From positions 96,001 to 160,000 of the forward strand of contig CAWFCQ010000007.1 of NCBI GenBank assembly GCA_963814375.1: 64,000 nucleotides of DNA. The letters are read 5' to 3'. The position numbers were made by a program, and so were the translations under genes. The stretch comes from an uncultured Chloroflexia bacterium (GTDB lineage Bacteria; Chloroflexota; Limnocylindria; QHBO01). Positions within the stretch are counted from its first letter, which is position 1. Every line of letters begins with the position of its first letter. Below, piece by piece: positions 28,101 through 36,113 of this stretch. The notes beneath the pieces are model-generated. The model ran no database searches and was not told the DNA's origin. It worked only from the letters and a program-made list of their open reading frames with translations.

Positions 28101-29084
28101 TCAGTTGTCGATGATGGGCCCGTAGAGGTCGAGCTGCTCCTCTTCCTCGCCGTTCATCAGGTAAATGTTGAGCTGCGTGACGCCGACTTCGCGCAACTGC
28201 GCGAGGCGCTCGCGGTGCGCCGATGCCGGCCCGACGATCGCGAACTCATCGGTTATCTGGTCGGAAACGAATGCCGAGTTGTCGCTGCCGACCTCGGCGT
28301 GGTGCCGGTAGTCGTAGCCCTCGCGGCCCTCGACGTAGCGCCACAGCTCCTCGGGCAGGTCGTCCTTCGGGTATTTGTTGATGAGGTCGACCACGTGGTT
28401 GCTGACGAGCGCCGGAAACCATCGGACCTTGTCACGCGCCGCAGCGAGATCGTCGCTCACGTAAGCCGGCGCCGCGGCCATGACCTCGATCGCATCGGGG
28501 TCACGGCCGGCTTCGGTGGCGGCGGCACGAACGAAGCCCATGCACCAGCGGATGATGTCCGGATCTGCGAGCTGGAGGATGACCCCGTCCGCGACGCGGC
28601 CGGCGGCCGCGAGCGCCATCGGCCCGTAGCCGGCGACCCAGATCGGCACGGGGCCGTGCGTGGCCCAATCCATCTGGATCTCGGTGCCGTCGAGGTCCAC
28701 CTTCTCGCCCGCGGTCAGGGCGCGGATGACGCGGCAGCACTCTTCCATGTAGGCGACCGTCGTCGGCTTCTTGCCCATCACCCGCCGCGCTGAGTCGCCA
28801 CGGCCGATTCCCAGGTCCATCCGCCCGCCGGTTATCTCATTGAGCGTGGCCAGCGCGGACGCCGTCACCGTGACATCGCGTGTCGCCGGGTTCGTGACGC
28901 AGGTGCCCAGACGCATTCCCTCGGTTGCCGCGCCGATGAGCGTCAGGAGCGGGTACGGCTCGCGCCACAGCACGTGCGAGTCGAAGATCCAGCCGTGGCT
29001 GAAGCCGTTGGCCTCGGCGCGCTTCGCCAGGTCGACGCTGCGCTGGAAGTGGTGATCCGGCTTGAGCGTGATCCCGAACTTCAT
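28101..29084 (-). CDS. TIGR03842-type (CPS_4043 family) LLM-class F420-dependent oxidoreductase
   Basis: GWIFDSHVLWREPYP, GTCVTNPATRD, GIGRGDSARRVMG, WVAGYGPMAL, WFPALVSNHVVDL and GYDYRHHAEVG. These motifs match this Mer-related family, which typically sits beside hydA and nitrilase genes. Confidence 0.85.
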   Translation of the reverse strand: MKFGITLKPDHHFQRSVDLAKRAEANGFSHGWIFDSHVLWREPYPLLTLIGAATEGMRLGTCVTNPATRDVTVTASALATLNEITGGRMDLGIGRGDSARRVMGKKPTTVAYMEECCRVIRALTAGEKVDLDGTEIQMDWATHGPVPIWVAGYGPMALAAAGRVADGVILQLADPDIIRWCMGFVRAAATEAGRDPDAIEVMAAAPAYVSDDLAAARDKVRWFPALVSNHVVDLINKYPKDDLPEELWRYVEGREGYDYRHHAEVGSDNSAFVSDQITDEFAIVGPASAHRERLAQLREVGVTQLNIYLMNGEEEEQLDLYGPIIDN

Positions 29085-29125
29085 TCCGGCCCTCTACTGC
29101 ACCCGTCGACCGTCGAACGGTTCAA

Positions 29126-29336
29126 ATTCACACGATGCGGGCGTTACGCGGGCTCGCGAGCATTGAGCGGTCATGACAGCCCGCCAGTGCCCACCTGGTG
29201 TGAATCCAGGTGCGTTGGGCGGCGGCAACGCTCATTAGGCACATCTCGTGTGAATAGCGACGTTTCGGGCTGCATCCGTTGCGTTACGCACACCTCGTGT
29301 GAATCGGGCGCGTTTCGGCGAGCGATTGCGACGCAC
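29126..29336. repeat. Degenerate ~50-bp tandem repeat with one inverted copy
   Basis: Core CT[CG]GTGTGAAT ends at 29205, 29255 and 29304 (periods 50 and 49). Inverted ATTCACACGA at 29126-29135. Confidence 0.6.
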
Positions 29337-30185
29337 TCAGGGACGGACGAGGTCGTCGTAGGCATCGGGGCGACGGTCGCGGAAGAACTGCCACGTCTGG
29401 CGCACCTCCTCGATCGTGTCGAGGTCGAGGTCGCGGACGATCAGCTCTTCGTCGTGCGGGTCGCCGACGTCGCCGATGAACTGGCCGCGCGGATCGACGA
29501 AGTACGACTGGCCGTAGAAGTCGTCGTCGCCGAGCGGCTCGATGCCGACCCGGTTGATGGTGCCGACGTAGTAGCCGTTGGCGAGGGCGTGCGATACCTG
29601 CTCGACCCGCCACAGGTACTCCGACAGGCCGCGCGAGGTGGCCGACGGGATGAAGACCAGCTCGGCGCCGTTGAGGCCGAGTGCGCGCGCGCCCTCGGGG
29701 AAGTGGCGGTCGTAGCAGATGTAGACCCCGACCTTGCCGACAGCGGTGTCGAAGACGGGGTATCCCATGTTGCCGGGGCGGAAGTAGTACTTCTCCCAGA
29801 AGCCCTTGACGTGCGGGATGTGCGTCTTGCGGTACTTGCCGAGGTAGCTCCCATCGGCGTCGATGACCGCGGCGGTGTTGTAGTAGATGCCCGTGGTCTG
29901 GTCGTCCTCCTCGTACATCGGCACGATGAGGACCATCCCGGTCTCCTTCGCCAGCTCCTGCATCCGCTTCGTGGTCGGCCCATTAGGAATGTGCTCGGTG
30001 TACGAGAAGTACTGCGGGTCCTGGACCTGGCAGAAGTAGGGGCCGTAGAAGAGCTCCTGGAAGCACATCACCTTCGCGCCCTGCTCCGCCGCCTCGCGCG
30101 CGTACTTGATGTGCTTCTCGATCATCGACTCCTTGTCGCCGGTCCACTCCGCCTGGAGCAGCGCCGCGCGGACGATTCGCGCCAT
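29337..30185 (-). CDS. Nitrilase-superfamily C-N hydrolase, beta-ureidopropionase-like
   Basis: Catalytic triad contexts CFQELFYGPYFC, KYRKTHIP and YICYDRHFPE; FWEKYYFRPGN and DRRPDAY. Confidence 0.9.
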   Translation of the reverse strand: MARIVRAALLQAEWTGDKESMIEKHIKYAREAAEQGAKVMCFQELFYGPYFCQVQDPQYFSYTEHIPNGPTTKRMQELAKETGMVLIVPMYEEDDQTTGIYYNTAAVIDADGSYLGKYRKTHIPHVKGFWEKYYFRPGNMGYPVFDTAVGKVGVYICYDRHFPEGARALGLNGAELVFIPSATSRGLSEYLWRVEQVSHALANGYYVGTINRVGIEPLGDDDFYGQSYFVDPRGQFIGDVGDPHDEELIVRDLDLDTIEEVRQTWQFFRDRRPDAYDDLVRP

Positions 30186-30290
30186 CGGTTCCTCCATCCC
30201 GCCCGGAGGGCGGCATCGGTCTCACGGAAGGCCGATACAGTACACCGGCCCAACGCCCTCCCCGCGCCCAGCGGGTAGGCTTCACGGCCG

Positions 30291-31466
30291 ATGAATCTCC
30301 TGGACGGCCTCGTCCTGCTTCTCCTTGCCCTCGGCCTGGTCGCCGGTGCCCGTGCCGGCTTCCTCGGCCCCGTGATGGGGCTGCTCGGCGCCGTCGTCGG
30401 CTTCGCGTTGGCGCTGCTCGCCGCGTCGATCTTCCAGGAGCCGCTGGTGGGGATCGAACAGCCGATGCGGGCGCTCATCACGGTCATGGGTCTCGGCGCC
30501 TTCGTCCTGCTCGGCGAGGCAACCGGTGCGGCGCTGGGCACCACCATGAGCCGGGGCATCCGGACCAGCCCGCTGCGGCCGCTCGACGCGGCGGGCGGCG
30601 CGGCCGTCGGCGTGGCGCACGTCGTCCTGATGGTCTGGCTGCTCGGCGGCATCCTCAGCCTGGGGATCGCGCCGCGCTTCGACGAGCTCGCGCGCGACTC
30701 GGTCGCGCTGCGCTTCACCGGCGAGCGACTGCCGCCGCCGACGGCGGTGGCCGGACGGCTGGTCGCGCTCCTCGATACGACCGACCTGCCGCCCCTGTTC
30801 GCCGGCATCGAGCCGCCGGTCGCGGCTCCGGTCGACCTCCCGGACGACGCCGCCACCCGCGCTCTCGCCGAATCGGGGTTGGCGAGCACCGCCCGCATCG
30901 CGAGCAGCGGTTGTGGCTTTGGGCTGGCGGTGGGCAGCGGCTTCTTCGTCTCTCCGACGCACGCCGTCACCAATGCCCACGTCGTGGCGGGCAGCAGCAG
31001 CACCACGGTCACCGTCGGCGGCACGGACCACGATGCCGTGGTCGTGGCGTTCGACCCGCGATCGGACCTGGCGCTGCTATTCGTTGCCGACGCGAACGCC
31101 TCACCGCTGAACCTCAGCCCGCAGGCACCGCCACGAGGGACCGCCGCGGCCGTCCTCGGCTACCCCGGTGGCGGCCCGCTGGCGGCCATTCCGGCCGGCG
31201 TCACGGCAACGCACGCGGTGCCCGGTCCCGACATCTACGGGGAGGGGGCCTACTCACGCAACGTGGTGGAGATGCGATCGTCGATCCAGCGCGGCAACTC
31301 CGGCGGGCCGCTGATCATCGCGCCCGGCGTCGTGGGCGGCGTCGTGTTCGGCGCGTCGCGGGTGACGCCGGACGTCGGCTACGCGATCGGCTCGGACGAG
31401 GCGGTCGCCCGCATCGGCTCGTCTATCGGATCGACGGCGCCGGTCGCCACCGGCGCCTGCCTGTAG
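30291..31466 (+). CDS. MarP-like membrane serine protease (CvpA TM domain + trypsin-like domain)
   Basis: Four TM helices at the N-terminus; GSGF, VTNAHVVAG, SDLALL, LGYPGGG and GNSGGPL. Confidence 0.88.
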   Translation: MNLLDGLVLLLLALGLVAGARAGFLGPVMGLLGAVVGFALALLAASIFQEPLVGIEQPMRALITVMGLGAFVLLGEATGAALGTTMSRGIRTSPLRPLDAAGGAAVGVAHVVLMVWLLGGILSLGIAPRFDELARDSVALRFTGERLPPPTAVAGRLVALLDTTDLPPLFAGIEPPVAAPVDLPDDAATRALAESGLASTARIASSGCGFGLAVGSGFFVSPTHAVTNAHVVAGSSSTTVTVGGTDHDAVVVAFDPRSDLALLFVADANASPLNLSPQAPPRGTAAAVLGYPGGGPLAAIPAGVTATHAVPGPDIYGEGAYSRNVVEMRSSIQRGNSGGPLIIAPGVVGGVVFGASRVTPDVGYAIGSDEAVARIGSSIGSTAPVATGACL

Positions 31467-31475
31467 GCTGCCTTC

Positions 31476-32096
31476 ATGCCCTGGAGCCGGCACGCCAAGA
31501 TCGCCTTCATCGGCTCGCATTCGGTTCGGAAGTCGAACGCCGTGCACGCCTTCGCCTCGACCGTCGGGCGGGCCGGCCGATCGGTGGAGGTCGGCCGCGA
31601 GGTGGTCCGCTTCAATCCCCTCGGCCTCAACGAGGGCGCGACGCCCGAGGCGCAGCTCTGGGTGCTGATGGCGCAGGTGCAGGAGGAGCTGCAGCTCGCC
31701 GGGCGCGCCGACATCCTCGTCACCGATCGCTCGGTCGTCGACAACTTCGCGTACTACCTGCGCGTGACCGCCGGGGAGGATCCGTTCGGGGTCGAGCCGC
31801 TCATCCGGCGGTGGGCCGCGACCTACGACCTGTCGGTTCGCCTCCTGCCGGACATCGGGCTCCTGGCCGATGGCGTCCGATCCACCAACGACGCCTTCCG
31901 CGACGAGATCGAGGCGATCCTCGACCGCATCCTGCCGCTCTACCTTCAGCCGGACCGATGGCTCACGATCCCCGCCAGCCAGGTCACCGCCGACTTCGAC
32001 TGGTGGGCCATCGCCGAGCGTCTTGCCGCGATCGTGGGCGAGCCGCTGGTCGAGGGACAGCTCCAGGTTCCCGTTGCTGCCGAGACGGAGCGATGA
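31476..32096 (+). CDS. P-loop NTPase/kinase-like protein (AAA_28/NadR-type) with atypical Walker A
   Basis: KIAFIGSHSVRKS, LVTDRSVVDNFAY and ADGVRS. Confidence 0.65.
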   Translation: MPWSRHAKIAFIGSHSVRKSNAVHAFASTVGRAGRSVEVGREVVRFNPLGLNEGATPEAQLWVLMAQVQEELQLAGRADILVTDRSVVDNFAYYLRVTAGEDPFGVEPLIRRWAATYDLSVRLLPDIGLLADGVRSTNDAFRDEIEAILDRILPLYLQPDRWLTIPASQVTADFDWWAIAERLAAIVGEPLVEGQLQVPVAAETER

Positions 32097-32162
32097 GGTG
32101 GCAGAATGACGACCGCCCGGCGCGACCGAGACCACCGCGCGCTGTGACGGAGGTGACCCGAG

Positions 32163-33242
32163 GTGACGAACCCGCTCCGGATGCTCTTCGCTGCGCCGTT
32201 GATCCGGCGCATCGGCTTCCACGCGAAGCGCATCGGCGGCCAGATGGACCGGCACTTCTTCTCCTCGCTGCTGACCTTCGTCGTCGGCTTCGTGCTGGTG
32301 GCCGCGCTGGCGGTGACCCTGCTCGAGGAGGAGAAGCGCACCTTCGCCGGGATGGGAAGCTCGTTCTACTGGGCCATCACCACCGTCATCGGCTCGGGTG
32401 ACAGCAGCTATGTGACCTCGCCGGGCGGCTTCATCGTCGGCTGGCTTCTCGCCTTCTTCGGGGTCGCGATCGTTGCCGCGATCACCGGGGCGGTCGTCGG
32501 ATTCGTCATCGACTTTCTGCTCAAGGAGGGACAGGGAATGGGCGCTGCCGGCTACACCGACCACATCGTCGTCTGCGGCTGGAACGCCACCGCCCGCGAT
32601 CTTCTCGAGGAGCTCAAGGGCGACGAGTTCGACGTCAAGGTCGTGCTCCTGGCCGATGCCGAGCGCAACCCCGCCGGCGACGGCGTCTACTTCGTGCGGG
32701 GCGACATCACGAGCACGGACGACCTCGAGCGATGCGGCATCACCGAGGCGAGCTCGGCGATCGTCTTCCCGGCCGATGCGTCCGACGCGGCGGACATGCG
32801 CTCGATCCTGGCGGTGATGGCAATCGAGTCAGTCGCGCCCGATGTGCGCACGGTGGTCGAGGTCAACAACCAGATGCACGTCGCACACCTGCGACGCGCC
32901 AATGCCAACGAGATCCTCGTCACCTCTCGGCTCGGTGCTCGGCTGCTCGCGCGCTCGGCCCTCTATCCCGGCCTCTCCGAGCTGGTGACCGACATCGTCT
33001 CGGGTGGCGAGGGATCCGAGCTGTACCGGGTTGCGCTGCCCGAGGACTACATCGGCCTCTCGGTCGATGAGCTCTCGACCAAGCTGCGCGGCGATCATCG
33101 GGCGACGCTCCTGGCCGTGACCCGCGACGGGGCGAGCATGACGAACCCGTCGGCGGACTTCCGGCTCGCCTTCGGTGACGATGCCGTGGTCGTTGCCGAG
33201 GGCCTGGGCGACCTCCAGCCACTCGAGCTTCAGCGCGAGTAG
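32163..33242 (+). CDS. 2-TM ion channel with TrkA-N/RCK domains (K+ channel family, non-canonical filter)
   Basis: TM-pore-TM with FYWAITTVIGSGD, then HIVVCGWN, FVRGD and RTVVEV of the RCK domain. GGAGG RBS. Confidence 0.85.
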   Translation: MTNPLRMLFAAPLIRRIGFHAKRIGGQMDRHFFSSLLTFVVGFVLVAALAVTLLEEEKRTFAGMGSSFYWAITTVIGSGDSSYVTSPGGFIVGWLLAFFGVAIVAAITGAVVGFVIDFLLKEGQGMGAAGYTDHIVVCGWNATARDLLEELKGDEFDVKVVLLADAERNPAGDGVYFVRGDITSTDDLERCGITEASSAIVFPADASDAADMRSILAVMAIESVAPDVRTVVEVNNQMHVAHLRRANANEILVTSRLGARLLARSALYPGLSELVTDIVSGGEGSELYRVALPEDYIGLSVDELSTKLRGDHRATLLAVTRDGASMTNPSADFRLAFGDDAVVVAEGLGDLQPLELQRE

Positions 33243-33245
33243 GCG

Positions 33246-34031
33246 ATGGAGCTCGGATTGCGCGGGCGCACCGCTGTCGTCGGTGGAGCCACCTCGGGAC
33301 TCGGACGCGCGTCCGCCGAGGCGCTCGCCGCCGAAGGGTGCGACCTCCTGATCTGGTCGCGGGACGCCGATCTGCTGGCCGCCACCGCCGATGAGCTCGG
33401 CGCGGCCCATGACGTTCGCGTGGAGCACATCGCGGCGGACGCGACTGATCCCGGCGCCGCCGAGTCGGTCGCATCGGCGGCCCTGTCAATGGCACCGATC
33501 GACATCGTGGTCCTCAACGCAGGCGGTCCGCCAACGGTCGACGTGACCGCGACAGACCGAGAGGGCTGGCAGCGCGCCTTCCAGCTCCTGGCCGCCACGC
33601 CCATCGAGCTCGCCACCGCGCTCCTGCCCGGGATGCGGGAGCGGCGGTGGGGCCGCGTCGTCTCGATCCTGTCGAGCGGCGTGCGCCAGCCGATCGGCGA
33701 CCTCGTGTACTCGAACGCCGGCCGGTCCGCGCTGGCGGCATGGCTGAAGACGACGGCGCGGGCGATCGCCGCCGAGGGCGTGACGGTCAACGGCGTCATG
33801 CCCGGCCGCATCGCCACGCCCCGCATCCACGAGCTCGACTCCGGTCGAGCCGATCGTGAGGGGACTACCGAGGACGCGGTCCGCGAGGGTCACCTTCGCA
33901 CGATCCCGGCCGCGCGTTACGGGAGGCCGGAGGAGCTCGGCGCCCTCGTCGCCTTCCTCGCATCCGAGCGCGCCTCGTACATCACCGGCCAGCTGGTGGC
34001 GGTCGATGGGGGCCTCATCGCCGGCCTGTAG
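33246..34031 (+). CDS. Short-chain dehydrogenase/reductase
   Basis: GGATSGLG, VLNAGGPP, SNAGR and GVTVNGVMPG. Confidence 0.88.
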   Translation: MELGLRGRTAVVGGATSGLGRASAEALAAEGCDLLIWSRDADLLAATADELGAAHDVRVEHIAADATDPGAAESVASAALSMAPIDIVVLNAGGPPTVDVTATDREGWQRAFQLLAATPIELATALLPGMRERRWGRVVSILSSGVRQPIGDLVYSNAGRSALAAWLKTTARAIAAEGVTVNGVMPGRIATPRIHELDSGRADREGTTEDAVREGHLRTIPAARYGRPEELGALVAFLASERASYITGQLVAVDGGLIAGL

Positions 34032-34041
34032 GATGGCGGCC

Positions 34042-35421
34042 ATGGACGAGCGGGCGGCCGCGATGCGGCGCGCGGCCGAGATCGGCCTCGCCTTCCTGGA
34101 AGGACTCGACGAGCGTCACGTCGGCGCCACGGCCGACGCCGCCGAGATTCGCGCCAGGCTCGGCGGCCCGTTGCCGGAGGCCGGGACCGATCCGATCGCC
34201 CTGGTCGAGGAGCTGACCACCGCGCTCGATCCCGGGCTGATCGGATCCGCCGGACCGCGCTACTTCGGCTTCGTCGTCGGCGGCGCCCTGCCGGCGGCGG
34301 CCGCAACCGACTGGCTGACGACGGCATGGGGCCAGAACGCGGCGCTCCACGCCCTGTCGCCGGCGGCGGCTGCGGCGGAGGAGGTGGCGGGTCGCTGGAT
34401 GCTCGAGCTGCTCGGTCTGCCGGCCGACGCGAGCTTCGGCCTTCCCACCGGCGCCGGCATCGGCAACGCGGTCGGTCTGGCTGCCGGTCGCCATGCAGTG
34501 CTCGCCAAGGCTGGCTGGGACGTCGAGGCCAACGGCCTGTACGGGGCGCCCGAGATCACCGTGATCGTGGGCGAGGAGGCGCACGCGACGCTGCTCACCG
34601 CGCTCCAGTACCTGGGCCTCGGGCGCGATCGCGTCGTGCGCGTGCCCGCCGACGACCAGGGCCGCATGGACCTGCCCGCGGCCCGCGTCGCGATCGAGGC
34701 TGCGGGCGATGGCCCGCTGATCGTGGCCTCGCAGGCCGGCAACGTGAACACCGGCGCGTTCGATCCGATCGGGGGCCTGGCCGAGACGCTCGGCGACCAT
34801 CCGAACGCCTGGCTCCACGTCGACGGCGCGTTCGGGCTGTGGGCGGCGGTCTCCCCCGAGCTGCGCCCGATGGTGGCCGGCGTCGAACGCGCCGACTCCT
34901 GGTCGACCGATGCCCACAAGTGGCTCAACGTCGGCTACGACTGCGGGTTCGTCGCCGTCCGGGATGCCGCCGCGCACCGCGCCGCCATGTCGATGACCGC
35001 CTCGTATCTCATGCGCAGCGAGCAGCGCGAGAACTGGGAGTGGGTCATGGACAGCTCGCGAAGGGCGCGCGGGTTCGTCCTCTACGCCGCGATCCGCTCG
35101 CTGGGTCGCGACGGCGTTCAGGCCCTGGTCGAGCGCTGCTGCGCCCTTGCGCGCCGCATCGCGGATCGGCTCCGTGAGGCCGATGGCGTCGAGGTGCTCA
35201 ACGACGTCGTCCTCAACCAGGTCCTGGTCCGCTTCGGCGACGACGACCGCACGCGGGCCGTCATCAGCGGTGTCCAGGCCGAGGGCACAGCCTGGATGGG
35301 CGGCACGACCTGGCAGGGCCGGGCGGCGATGCGGATCAGCGTGAGCAACTGGTCGACAACGGAGGCCGATGCTGATCGGACGGTGGACTCGATCCTGCGC
35401 TGCGCCCGCGCCGAGGGCTGA
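34042..35421 (+). CDS. PLP-dependent group II amino-acid decarboxylase
   Basis: PRYFGFV, AGNVNTGAFDP, WLHVDGAFG, DSWSTDAHKWL (PLP Lys) and RISVSNW. Confidence 0.88.
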   Translation: MDERAAAMRRAAEIGLAFLEGLDERHVGATADAAEIRARLGGPLPEAGTDPIALVEELTTALDPGLIGSAGPRYFGFVVGGALPAAAATDWLTTAWGQNAALHALSPAAAAAEEVAGRWMLELLGLPADASFGLPTGAGIGNAVGLAAGRHAVLAKAGWDVEANGLYGAPEITVIVGEEAHATLLTALQYLGLGRDRVVRVPADDQGRMDLPAARVAIEAAGDGPLIVASQAGNVNTGAFDPIGGLAETLGDHPNAWLHVDGAFGLWAAVSPELRPMVAGVERADSWSTDAHKWLNVGYDCGFVAVRDAAAHRAAMSMTASYLMRSEQRENWEWVMDSSRRARGFVLYAAIRSLGRDGVQALVERCCALARRIADRLREADGVEVLNDVVLNQVLVRFGDDDRTRAVISGVQAEGTAWMGGTTWQGRAAMRISVSNWSTTEADADRTVDSILRCARAEG

Positions 35422-35423
35422 GC

Positions 35424-35822
35424 TCAGGCCTCCTCGATCCAGCCCGTGGCCTCCTCCTGGCGATCTCGGCCACCGAAGTCCTCGCGCACCCACGCCATGA
35501 GCCGCGCGGGTCCGAGCGCAATGGCCAGGCAGGCTCCGATCATGAGCAGCGGCCCGAGCATGCCCTCCGCGTGAGCTCGCGGCAGCACGGCCGCCCAGAT
35601 GGCGGTACCCGCCAGGGCTGCGACCTCGGTGCGTCCGAGGCGGAGTGCGACGAGCATCAGCGCCGATGGGATCGCCAGCCATCCCTCCGGCTGCCCGGCT
35701 ACGAGGGCCATCACCCCGGCCATGCCCCCGACGCCGACTGTCAGCCCGAGAACGGCGCGAGTCAGCGCTGATACCTCGTCCGAGGCATCGCGGCGCCTCG
35801 CGGAGAGTGCGGCCCAGACCAT
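35424..35822 (-). CDS. Hypothetical membrane protein (about 4 TM)
   Basis: Hydrophobic 132-aa ORF that fills the gap. TAGACT about 9 nt upstream of the ATG. Confidence 0.6.
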   Translation of the reverse strand: MVWAALSARRRDASDEVSALTRAVLGLTVGVGGMAGVMALVAGQPEGWLAIPSALMLVALRLGRTEVAALAGTAIWAAVLPRAHAEGMLGPLLMIGACLAIALGPARLMAWVREDFGGRDRQEEATGWIEEA

Positions 35823-36113
35823 GAGGGAACGAGTCTACGACCGTGGCGTCGCGGGATCCACGCCCCGCATACGCCCGGCGTACCGACCAATCTCCGCCTG
35901 GACGCCCGTTCGGGCGCCGAGTGCTCGCTCCAGCGGGCACCGATGAGCACGAATGGCGCGTCCGCGCGCCCGTCAGGCGTCCCAGCGCTCGCTCCAGCGC
36001 GCGAACGCCTCCGGACAAGGCATGGCGCGAAGGACGCCCGGTCAAGCGAGCGGCAGCGAGGGCTACCGACGGTGTGCTGTAATCGGTCCACCAAATACGG
36101 AGCTGAGGGCCGG

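Noticed and set aside
29190-29336. CRISPR array
   Set aside because: Only three degenerate units with a short conserved core, a ~50-bp period and no cas genes in the window. Kept as a repeat finding instead.
32106-32147. 13-codon ORF (MTTARRDRDHRAL) upstream of the channel as a leader peptide
   Set aside because: No attenuator structure or informative codon run. Its ATG overlaps a likely CAGAAT -10 element.
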